Position numbers and translations under genes: made by a program. The notes under the pieces were generated by a model. The model searched no databases and was not told the origin of the DNA. It saw nothing but the letters and a program-made list of their open reading frames with translations. Below are positions 24,064 to 35,587 of a stretch of 64,000 nt of DNA, piece after piece. The stretch is from Sphyrna mokarran (lineage: Eukaryota): assembly GCA_024679065.1 (NCBI GenBank), contig JAGIQG010000040.1:10416001-10480000 (forward strand), in the 5' to 3' direction. Each line of letters starts with the position of its first letter. Positions within the stretch are counted from its first letter, which is position 1.

Positions 24064-27000
24064 GAACATAGAACATAGAACATTACAGCGCAGAACAGGC
24101 CCTTCGGCCTTCGATATTGCGCCGACCAATTAGGAAAAAGCAATGACCCTCTAACCTAAACCATTCCCTTTTCGTCCATAAACTTATCTACTAACCTCTT
24201 AAACGCCACCAAACTTGGCACATCTACAACTGCAGCAGGCAGGGCATTCCATACCTTACCACCCTCTGGGTAAAGAACCTACCTCTGACATCCGTCCTAT
24301 AACTACCACCCCTTAATTTAAAGCTATGTCCCCTCATGCTAGCTTTCTCCATCCTAGGAAAACGGCTATCACTGTCCACCCTATCTAAACCTCTAATCAT
24401 CTTATATGTTTCAAAAAGGTCTCCTCTTAGCCGCCTTCTTTCTAACGAAAGCAACCTCAAATCCTTCAGCCTCTCTTCATAAGACTTGCCCTCCATACCA
24501 GGCAACATCCTGGTAAACCTCCTCTGTACCCTCTCCAATGCCTCCACATCTTTCTTATAATGCGGGGGCCAGAACTGCACACAATACTCCAAGTGCGGCC
24601 GCACTAGAGTTTTGTACAGTTTGCAACATGACGTTGCGGCTCCGAAATTCAATCCCCCTACCAATAAAAGCTAAGACTCCGTATGCCTTCTTAACAACCT
24701 TATCAACTTGATTGCCAACTTTCACGGATCTATGCACATATACACCAAGATCCCTCTGTTCATCAACACTATTAAGAGTCCTACCATTAGCCCTATACTC
24801 TACACATTTGTTATTCCTGCCGAAGTGAATTACCTCACACTTTTCCACATTAAACTCCATTTGCCACCTCTCGGCCCAGCTCTGCAACTTGTCCAAGTCT
24901 CTCTGCAAACTATAACACCCCTCTTCACTATCTACCACTCCACCGACTTTAGTGTCATCTGCAAAATTTACTAATCCATCCTTCAATACCCTTATCCAGA
25001 TCATTTATAAAAATTACAAACAGCAGGGGCCCCAAAACAGACCCCTGAGGTACACCACTTGTCACCGTACTCCAAGATGAATATCTCCCATCAACCACCA
25101 CCCTCTGTCTTCTACCTGCTAGCCAATTCCTAACCCAATTAGCTAAATCACCCGCTATCCCATACATCTGCATTTTCTGCAGAAGCCTTCCATGGGCCAC
25201 CTTATCGAACGCCTTACTAAAGTCCATATATACCACATCAACTGCCTTACCCCCATCCACCTCTTTGGTCACTTTTTCAAAAAACTCAATAAGGTTAGTA
25301 AGGCACGACCTACCCTTCACAAAACTATGCTGACTATTCCCAATCAATTCATTTCCCTCTAAATAACTATAAATCCTATCCCTAATAATTCTTTCCAATA
25401 TTTTGCCCACAACAGAAGTAAGACTCACCGGTCTATAATTCCCAGGAAAGTCCCTATTTCCCTTCTTGAACAATGGGACCACATTCGCTATCCTCCAGTG
25501 TTCCGACACTATACCAGTAACCAACGACGACCTGAAGATCAGAGCCAGAGGTTCTGCAATTGCCTCTCTCGCCTCCCAGAGAATCTTAGGGTAAATCCGT
25601 CCGGCCCAGGGGGCTTATCTAACTTCAAACCCTCAAGAATATCTAGCACATCCTCCTTATCTACTTCAATACTTTGAAGTTTACAACCCTGTATCCCAGT
25701 GTTCTCCACTACTACATTTGCATCTCCCTGCGTGAATACCGAAGAGAAATATTTGTTCAGTGCCTCTCTAATCTCTTCAGGCTCCACGCACAACTTCCCA
25801 CTGCTGTCTCTGACTGGCCCTAATCTTGCCCTAACCAATTTTCTATTCTTAACATATCTAAAGAAAGCTTTAGGATTCTTCTTGATCCTATCAGCCAAAG
25901 TCTTCTCGTGTCCCCTTTTAGCTCTTCTCAACTCACTCTTCAGCTCCCTCCTGGCTAATCTATAGCTAACCAGTGCACTAACTGAGCCTTCAAGCCTCAT
26001 CCTGACATAAGCCTCCTTTTTCCTTTTAACCAGCGAATTAACTTTTTTAGTACACCACGGTTCCCTTACTCGACATTTCCTCCTTGCCTGACAGGGACAT
26101 ACTTATCAAGGACTCGCAGTAGCTGCTCCTCGAATAAGCTCCACATTTCAGATGTTCCCAGTCCCTGTAGTGTCTAGTCCAATCTATACACCCTAATTCC
26201 CTCCTTATGGCCTCATAATTACCATTCCCCCAGCTATAACTACTGCCCCCAGGTTCATGCCTATTCCTATCCATCACTAAGGTGAACGTAACCGAATTGT
26301 GGTCACTATCACCAAAATGTTCACCAACTTCCAAGTCTAACACCTTGTCTGGCTCATTGCCCAGCACCAAATCCAATGTAGCCTCACCTCCAGTTGGCCT
26401 ATCTACATACTGAGTCAAAAAACCGTCCTGCACATTTTGTATAAAAACTGACCCCTCTAACGAGCTAGAGCTATAGCTATTCCAATCAATATTAGTAAAG
26501 TTAAAGTCCCCCATAACAATTACCCTATTCCTTTCATTCCTGTCCAGGATCGACTTTGCAACCCTTTCCTCTACCTCTCTAGAACTTTTAGGAGGTCTAT
26601 AAAAGACTCCCAACAGGGTGACCTCTCCTCTCCTGTTTCTAATCTCAGCCCATACTACCTCAACAGACAAGTCCTCATCAAACTTCCTTTCTGTCACTGT
26701 GATACAGTCTTTGACTAATAATGCCACTCCTCCCCCCTTCTACCTCCTTCTCTACTCTGACTGAAGCATTTGAACCCCGGAACCTGCAACAACCATTCCT
26801 GTCCCTGCTCTATCCATGTCTCTGAAATGGCCACAACATCGAAGTTCCAGGTACTGATCCAAGCTGCAAGTTCCTCCACCTTATTGCGAATACTTCTTGC
26901 ATTAAAGTATGCGCATTTCAAACCATGCTCTACTCCACCCGTACGCTGCTGTGCTTTACAGTTCTCATTTATGACCCCCCCATTCTCGTCCCTCTTAACA

Positions 27001-28000
27001 TCCAAGCTACTCAGGATCCCACCCTCCCTCTGAATCAGTTTAAACCCCCCCTGCATAGCCTTTGCAAATTTTCCCTCCAAGATATTGGTTCCCCTCTGGT
27101 TCGGTTGTAGACCATCTCTCTTGTAGAGGTCCCACCTACCCCAGAATGAGCCCCAATTGTTCAAGAACCTGAACCCCTCCCTCCTGCACCATCCCCTCAG
27201 CCACGAGTTCAAACATTCCCTCTCTCTGTTCTTCTCTAAACTATCCCGTGGCACAGGCGAGAGTCCAGAGATAACCACTCTGTCGGTTTTGGCCCTAAGC
27301 TTCCACCCCAACTCCATAAATTTCTGTTTAATATCCCCTTCCCTTGTCCTACCTACATCATGTGTCCCTACATGAACTATGACTTGGGGCTGACTCCCCT
27401 CTCCCTTAAGAATCTTGAAAACCCGCTCTGAGACGTCCTGGACCCCGGCCCCTGGTAGGCGACACACCAGCCCTGAGTCCCGTTTATTACTATTTACTCT
27501 TCTATCTGTCCCCCTAACTATGGAGTCTCCAATTACCAGGCCCAATCTCTTATTTCCCCTACCCACCTGAGCCTTCCCAGCAGACTCACCCCCAGAGACC
27601 TGCTCTCTTTGGCTATCCGAGTTGATTCTTCCTGAACTGTAGCCTCCAGGACAGAAAACTTATTTTGGAGGGGAACAGCCCCAGGGGATTGTCTCCCCGA
27701 TTGCTTCTTACCCCTCTTCCTAATAGTTACCCAAGAATCTCTTTTAGGAGTGACTATCTCTTTGTAACTCCTGTCAATATCAGCCTCAACCTCCCGAATT
27801 ATCCGGAGTTCCTCTAATTCCAGCTCCAGCTCCTTAACATGATCCTCAAGGAGCTGCAAATGGGCACACTTCCTGCAGGTATGTTCAGCAGGAACACTAC
27901 TGGTGTCCCTCACCTCGTACATACCGCAGGGGGTGCAATGTACTGCCTGCACTGCCATCCCTGATACTTTAATTTCTAGGAGAAAAAAAAACTTCCCACA
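24064..28000 (-). mobile_element. Near full-length CR1 LINE (ORF1 zinc finger/coiled coil + SGNH esterase; ORF2 APE-RT), frameshifted
   Basis: ORF1 from ATG at 27958 (CTPCGM...CRKC, LVIGDSIVRG); APE (YFNARSI, MGDFN, SDHN); RT ([21 protein letters not shown]); (CATAGAA)n tail at 24064. Split over about 7 ORFs. Confidence 0.92.
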
Positions 28001-28588
28001 CACGGGGGAAGCACACGGGGAAACGGGTGAGCAGTTCTCATTGGGAATCCAAAGAACAGCTTCACTGGGCATTGAGATAGAGCAGATGAGAGCTTTATTT
28101 CCACAATTCAAGATTGTTTCCTTAAAACATTTAACTGGCCTTTATCATAAAACCCACCTGATAGCTGGCAAGGAGATGTATTGATGAAATTGTTGTTTGT
28201 AATGCAATTAAATGAGAATGAGAGATAGAGATAGAGAGAGAGAGAGAGACTCCTGCTCAGCCACGCCTAATATATAACATGGCTTTCTCAAGCTTTCAGC
28301 TCTTCACAAAAAAATCTAGCGTCTTCGTCCAAAAATAGCTATCACTGAAAGCAGAGCAATTCTTTCACTGGGCGAAGCGAGGCAATTTGGTTTTTAATTT
28401 GTGCTTGGCTGTGCATATATTTGAAGGATTTTATAAGATCCATTGTCCCTCTCTTGGTGGTAGATAATTTTTAAGGTTTACTATTCGCATACGATGGCAG
28501 TTGTCGAAGCTCCCACTCACATTTATGAACATGCCAGTATCCTTATTTTCAATATTGGTTGGAATCTGAATAAGTTGCTGCGCTTGTA

Positions 28589-28681
28589 GATTTCTGCTGG
28601 TAACTGTTCACAGTGCTCATTACTATGACGGTACTTAGAAACTCAACTTTGGGTGCGGGAACTAACTGAATGTTGTACCAA
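28589..28681 (+). pseudogene. Pseudo-J segment
   Basis: AGATTTCTG-12-CACAGTG, then YDGT*KLNFGCGN*LNVVP; the GT donor is lost. Confidence 0.65.
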
Positions 28682-29302
28682 TTAGATGCCAGCTGATTTA
28701 TCTTTACCCTTCGATGGACATTTCTGGTAAACCCGTGTCTGGCGAATGGTGACAAAAAGCGAAGGCAATGCTTAAAATTAAAAGCAAACCGTTAGATGGA
28801 TTAATGCATCATTAGATATTTAATTAGAACGGTAGAGATCCAAAGAATATAAATCAGTAAATTCGTAGATATCACACAAATTGGTGTTGTGATGAGTAGC
28901 GAGGAGGAAAACCTTACATTATAGATCGATATAGAAAGTTTGGTTAAATGGACAGAGAAGTAGAAAATTGAAAGTGAACCTTTAAAAGTGTAATGTGGTG
29001 CATTTTGGCAGGACTAACAGGGCAAGGATATATACAGAAATTAATGAAAACTGCATGGAAGGGAAGTTAAACTGCTGGCTATGTCTTCAACTTTTTTGAA
29101 ACAGAGAAAAAACAAATAAAACAAAATACCTAAATGGGGATGGGTTTCAGGGAAATGAATAGTTGCATTTCTTCTTTGGAGATCACCTGGCATTATAATT
29201 TGAATCCTAATCTATGGTCAAATCACCAAGCAGGTCAAAAACAACCTCTTGCATTACTGTCAGCACGGGACTAATAGATTTGTGTAGCGTCTGTTATGAT
29301 TG

Positions 29303-29946
29303 CTCAGACATTGAATACAAGAGTTAGGGCGTTTTGTTGAAGTTGTACAAGGCATTGGTAAGTTCACACTTGGAATATTGTGTACAATTCTGGTCACCCT
29401 ATTATCGAAAGGATATAATTAAACGAGAAAGAGTGCAGAAAAGGTTTACTAGGATGTTACCGGGACACATGAAGGTTTAAGGCTGGATAGAGCGGGACTG
29501 TTTTCTATGGAGTGTACAAGGCTGAGGGCGGTCTTATAGAAGTCCGTAAAATAATGAGGGTCTCAGATCAGCGAGATAGTCAATACATTTTCCCAAAGGT
29601 AGGAGAGTCTAAATCTCGGGGTGGAAGGCTGGGCAGGGGAAGGGTGAGGGGGGACATAATTTACGGGTAGAGTGGAAAGACACAGAAGTGTCCAGAGAGG
29701 CATTTTTTATATATACAGAAGGTGCTGAATGTAACAACTTGCCAGAGGTAGTAGCAGAGGCGGGTACAATTTTATCTTTTAGAAAGCATTTGGACAGTTA
29801 CATTGGGTAAGGTGGGTATACAGGGAAATGGGGCAAGTGTGGGCAATTGGGTTTAGCTTATGGGTTTAAAAAGAAAGTCTGTATGAACAAGTTAGGCCGA
29901 AGGGCCTGCTTCCATGCTGTAAATCTCTATGATTCCTTGACTCTAT
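29303..29946 (+). mobile_element. 5'-truncated CR1 LINE inserted into a J RSS
   Basis: ORF2 3' motifs (HLEYCVQFWSP) and a CTATGATT tail; flanked by TATGATTG on both sides. Confidence 0.8.
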
Positions 29947-30013
29947 GATTGTGTCATCCCCACAACTGAAAGATTGATCCTTGGTACTTGAACAAAACTC
30001 ACTGTGGAAAGTC
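29947..30013 (+). pseudogene. Pseudo-J segment
   Basis: Heptamer GATTGTG, then IPTTERLILGT*TKLTVES and donor GTATGC. The nonamer and spacer are stranded at 29277-29297. Confidence 0.75.
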
Positions 30014-33000
30014 GTATGCATCTTCACAAAGTTACATTACAAAGCACTTATATAGCTCGTCCCTAAATGTGGAAGGCAGTGGGGTGTTGCCTTGTTGAAT
30101 CTGCTGCACTCATCCACGTGTTGTGTGTATTATTCCATCCTGCCTATAAAACATTTCCATTGTGTGGAGAGATTGAGGGGAGTGCGGTGGCCAGTTGTTA
30201 TTTGAGGTTAGCAAATGCATTAAGATTCTGATCATTCTTCCCCTCAAAGTTCTTTTTTACACGATCCCAGTAAATAATGTATTGGCCTGTTACGTTCAAA
30301 TGGATGGGAAGTGAGAGCGTTTATATTCTTACCTGGATATAACCTGCCCTGGCTATTGCAGTCAGCAAAATCTGAAATTGAATTCGAACTCACTTAGGAG
30401 AGATATATAAATAAATCATATTTCTGCTCATGTGGTTGGGTTTAGTTTTTTTTATCCCATTATGTACAGATGTGCTGGCACCAAAACTTTAAAACGTGTC
30501 TTTGGCAAATTCATTTCACGACCTAACAAGACGTTTAAAAACGTCAGCTTGGATCTGGTTGGGACTTAAGTAATTGGCGTTCCTTAAAGATTCTCAAGGA
30601 CTCTTCCTCATGTGAACTTTGTGTATTCCCTGCCTCTGAATTATTGAGTATGTTTCATCAATACTAAATGACACTGCAGTTTCACTCCAATGGAAGGTGC
30701 TTTTTATACAGGATATTATGACTTTACTGTGAAGCTGCGGCAGCGAGTTGACAGTTTTGCCAAGTGAGGACGATTGGAAATTACTGCCATTCTCCTTCAT
30801 GTCGATTATTTTTTCGCTGTATTGTGTCTGACAACTAGCAAGCGGGCAATGATACAAAGTATTATATGAAATACAAGTTAAGGCATTCTGTCCGTAAAAT
30901 GAACTTCAGAAAGATAGATGGATAACGAGCTCAGGTCTCAATGTTCAGTTAGACATTCCGCAGGTGGCAGACCAATCTCTGGGCTTCAGCAATGTGACAG
31001 ATATTGATGCGTGACTTACTGGTTGACCTTGCATCATGGTGATGTTGTGTAACTGGGGGGGAAGCGATGTCCTGGTCGTATTATCGCAAAATTATTAACC
31101 CAGAGACACAGCGAATATTTGAGGGACCTGGGTTCGAATTCCATCACAGCAGATGGTGGAACTTAAATTCAATAATCTGGAATTAAGAATTTACTGGTAA
31201 GCAGGAAAACAATTATCGATTGTTGGGGAAAAAAAAGCTGTCTGGTTCTCTCTTGTCCTCTGGGAAGGAAACATAGCAACATTGAAGATGGGAGCTGGAA
31301 GAGGGGTTTGGCCTTTCAAGCATGATCTGCCATTTATTATGATCATGATTGAACATCCACTCAATAGCCTAAACCCACTTTCTCTCCATAACCTTTGATC
31401 CCATTCGCCCAAGTGCTATATCCAACCGCTTCTTGAACGCATTCAATCTTCTGGCAACCACTACTTCCTACTTTCACAGGCTCATCACTTTTTGGGCGAA
31501 GAAATGTCTCCTCATCTAATATATCTTGTCCTGTTCGAATTTTATAAATCTCTATGAAATCCATTGTCATTCCTTTCAGTCAGTCTCCCGAATATATGAA
31601 AGTCAAATCTCGCCTCATACCTTCATAATCTCCTTTATTAAGATTCAGCACAGTAATCTCTGAGTCAACTGCTTCACTCTCACCTTGATTAAAAAAAATC
31701 TCATGTTATGTTCACTCATCCCCCAAGGGGTCACACGCAGCTGGATTGGCAATTATCACTTTCTCACTACACAGTACACAGTCCAAGATGGTCTGCTCTC
31801 TAGTTAGTCCTTCACATATTGATCAGGGAAACCATCCCGTATCAGATTCAGGAAATCCTCCTCTACAGCATTGCGCTAATTTGATTTGCTCAATCAATGT
31901 GCAGATTAAAATCACCCTTTATCACCGATATTTCCTCATCACATGTATCTCTAATTTCGTGTTTAATGTCATTTCCAACATCACCACTGCATTTTCGTTG
32001 CCTGTATATGACACTCACTGATATTTCTGCCCGTTGGTGTCTCTCAAGTCTACTCATATAGATTCCACATTATCAAAACTAATATCATTTCACACCAGTT
32101 TGCTAATTTCCTCTTTACCAGCAGTGCCACTCCAAAAACTTTTCCTTTATGTATAATATATATTATATATTTATCCTAAATATTGAATACTCTGGGACAT
32201 CCTTGGAAACCCTGCAGCCATGTCTCCGCAATCCCAATTATAGCACGGCCATTCACATCTATTTGCAAGATTAGTTTATCCACTTTGCTGCAAATGCTCT
32301 GTGCATTAAGACAGAACCTTTAAGTTTTTGTTTTCACTTTGATTGTCTCATTCTCAGTATTTTTCTCTATAGCCCTTTACAAGTGTTGTCTTTGGTTTCT
32401 CTGCCTATCATGTTTTTAATCCCTTTTCGACCTCTTGTTCATTTTATCCTTGTTCCCTCCTTCCCTGACTCCTTACATAGGTTCCGGGTCTCTGGTTTCC
32501 TCCCACATCCCAAAGATGTGCTCTTAGGCTGATTGGCAGAACAAATTCTCCCTAAATTGTCTCAAATTTGGTTTTTAATCCATAGATCTATAAACACGGA
32601 CAGGGATTGCGGGTAGAGATGGGAACATGGTGGGGGGGGGGGGTGCGGCGCGGGCTCTTTGGGCCGAAGGGCCTGTTTCCCGTGCTGTTTTGTTCTTTGA
32701 TCTTTAACCACCTGGAATATTAGATTTATTTGCGTGACCTTGTAGTATTGTGAGGTGGTGAGACTGAAAGGAGGCAATGCTCGAGTGGTGTTTTCCTAGA
32801 TTATTAATCCGCAAAGTCAATCAATGTTCTGGGGATCCTGCGTTCGAATCCTACCATGGTAGATGGTGGAATTCGAATTTAATAATCTGGAATTAAGAAT
32901 CTACTGCTGACGATGAAAGCAAATGTTGGAAAATCACATCTAGTTTAGGAATATCCTTTACAGAATGAAATCTGCCATTCTGATCTGACCTGGCCTATAT

Positions 33001-33688
33001 GTGCAATTTGCATGACTCTCAAGGGCAGTTGGGAATGGATAATAAATTCTGGCCAGACAACGGTGCCTATGTCCCACGACCAAATATACATCTCTCTCTC
33101 TCTTTCTTTGAAAATAAGTCCGAGTAACAGTTGATGCAACTAAATGTAAACGCATCTTTCAGACTCAACATGTCTGCTTACCTCTTCGGAATCTAACAGG
33201 ATTATGAAAATAAGAACAGATAATACTGGTTAAAACCCCAGCAGGTCCGGAAACATCTCAAAGGAGAGAAAGCTTAGCTAACAAATTAAGTATTATTCAT
33301 TGAATTGTATTTATTTTCTACCAGATGTTGAGGCACCACAGGCAAGACCATATTACAAATTGCTGTTAAGCCATTTCAGAGATCGGCAGAGCAGGAGCGA
33401 AGGGCTGAATGGCCTTCCCGTGTTCCCATGGTTCCTAACAAAAGTTCAGAGTTCTGTTGCAGGGGGAGGACATGGATTGCTTTATTTGACCAGTGGCTAC
33501 CCTGGCTCAGAAATTCTTCACATTGGTAGAATTCTAAAGCATCCAAGGAGGCCTTTCGGCCCACTTAGCCTGTGATGGTGGGAAGGGATAAGATATGCAA
33601 TATCTGTTATCTGCAGCGAATCAGTGATTGTTCCAACTTTATCTTTGCCGTGAATTGTCTGAAATCTGTAACAGCTATCACAATAGAA

Positions 33689-33766
33689 GGTTTCTGTCTG
33701 AGCAATTGTTTCTGTGATATGAAAAGCTGACATTCAGCAGCGGCACCCAGGTGACAGTTATACCAA
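33689..33766 (+). CDS. TCR J segment (33717-33766) with 12-RSS; FGxG motif altered to FSSG
   Basis: GGTTTCTGT-12-TTCTGTG; encodes YEKLTFSSGTQVTVIP; donor GTGAGT. Confidence 0.8.
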
Positions 33767-34139
33767 GTGAGTGGGAAGTCAGTGTGTTATTATTCTTTCA
33801 CTCCACATCTCCTCTGTGATCTACTTTTCTGTTGTAAGTAGTCTAGTCAAGTTGGGCAGAGTGCCAACATGACATGTGGCATGCAAGCGAGGAGATTGGT
33901 TAGTTTTGAGTCAGTTTTGATCTAGCTCAGTTTACCCAGGCATTAGAGGCACATTGGAAAGGAGTTGGGACTGCACGCCTCAGTAATATGGTATTGAACT
34001 GAGAAACAGATTTGTGTCGTGTGAACGGGATAGGAAGATTCCATTCAGAGAGTTGATTTAAATGAGAGAGGGGAGACGAATAAGCATCATTGTTCTGTTT
34101 AAACCGTTGTAATTGTGAATTACACAGGCTTTTCATTCT

Positions 34140-34920
34140 CTTGGCGAAAAATGAACTTTCCTCATATCAGTCCCATACTACTTGAATATGAACCCTGGTT
34201 CTGGACCCTGCCTCCACTCTGCATCTACCCTGTCTAATCCTACATTATATGTTTTAGTGACATCTTCTCCTCCTGTCTTCCTTCTTCTGAACCCCAGACA
34301 ATAAAATCCTAACTGGCTCAATCTCCCCTCATATGTCAGTCCTGCCACTCCAGAATCTGTCTGGTGAACTTCTGTCCACTCCCTCTTTAGCATCAACTGT
34401 ACTGCACTAGTCTACCTTTTTGGCTATGCCTTCAAAAATTCATTCAAATTTATGAGATACGATTTTCCACTCACAAATCCATGTTGAATTTCCCTAATCA
34501 GTCCTTGCATCTCTAAATGGCTGTAAATCCTGTCTCTCAAAATATATTTCAACAATTTACCCACCACAGATGTGAGGCTCACTGGCCTGTAGTTTCCAGG
34601 CTTTTCCCTGTAGCCCCTTTTAAACAAAGACACAACATTTGCCACTTTCCAATCTTCAGGTACCTCACCTGAGTCTAACGATGATCTAAATATCTCTGCG
34701 CGGGAACCCGCAAATTTCTCCCTTGCCTCCCATAATATCCTGGGATACACCTCATTAATTTTCGGGGATTCATCGATCTCAATGCGCTGTTAGACTTCCA
34801 GCACCTTTTTCTCTGTTATATTTACACTCCCAAAGACATCAGTATTTTTTCCCCAATTTCCCTAACAACGACGCTTCTATTAACAGTGAATACTGGTGAG
34901 AAATATTCAATTAGGATCTC
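34140..34920 (-). mobile_element. CR1 LINE RT fragment
   Basis: PEDWKVANV...[15 protein letters not shown] motif. Confidence 0.8.
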
Positions 34921-35275
34921 ACCCGCGTGTGTTCGTGTATGTGTGTGTGTATGTGTCTGTGCATGTATGTGTGCCTGCTTGTGTGCACAGGCATGTGCGC
35001 ACGTGTGTGTGTGTCTGTGTGTGTGTGTGTGTCTGTGTGTGTGTGTGTGTCTGTGTGTGTGTGTCTGTGTGTGTGTCCGTAGCAGAGAGAGAGAGGGCGT
35101 TTTCTGTGCCAGGGGAAAAGGATTATTCATCCAGTCTCAGCATTCGGTAAGTTAATGGAGAAACTTACGTAGGGTTAAGACACAGGAAAAATGCGGTCTA
35201 ATCGAATGGCACAGCAGGTTGGGGGATGTCACCCTGTTGGATTCTGATTTTTTTTCCTTTTATTTTCATTTTCAG

Positions 35276-35587
35276 AGGCGAAAGGCCCGGAAGAACCAAA
35301 ATTGAGCGTCTTTTACCCGCCAGTGCCACCGGGAGCCACCAACACCAGCACCGCTGCAGTATGCTTGGCCTCGGACTTCTCCCCCAAGGCAATCCAGCTC
35401 TCCCTGTACACGGGATCCGGCCAGGAGGTCAATGTGACAAGATCCAGTGTCCCATTGGAGAGTGGGAATTACAGGAGCTCGGGTTTCCTCTCTTTCCCCA
35501 AATCCGGGAAATCACCAAACATCACGTGCAAGGCATTTCACAATAATCAGATTTACTCAATAAACGTCCTACCCACAGCTGAAATTG
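35276..35587 (+). CDS. TCR-delta-like constant C1 domain exon
   Basis: (K)AKGPEEPKLSVFYPP...AAVCLASDFSPK...NVTRSS..LESGNYRSSGFLSFPK...NITCKAFHNN. Two canonical Cys, three N-glycosylation sequons, phase-1 AG/GT boundaries. Confidence 0.88.

Noticed and set aside
30446-30520. Possible extra J remnant (KRVFGK after an AGATGTG heptamer-like motif)
   Set aside because: No second Gly, no TxLxV motif and no donor; too weak to call.
32724-33145. Possible J split by a SINE (GGETE... / ...FENKS..TVDA)
   Set aside because: It needs several substitutions and an indel and has no GT donor, so it cannot be distinguished from chance.
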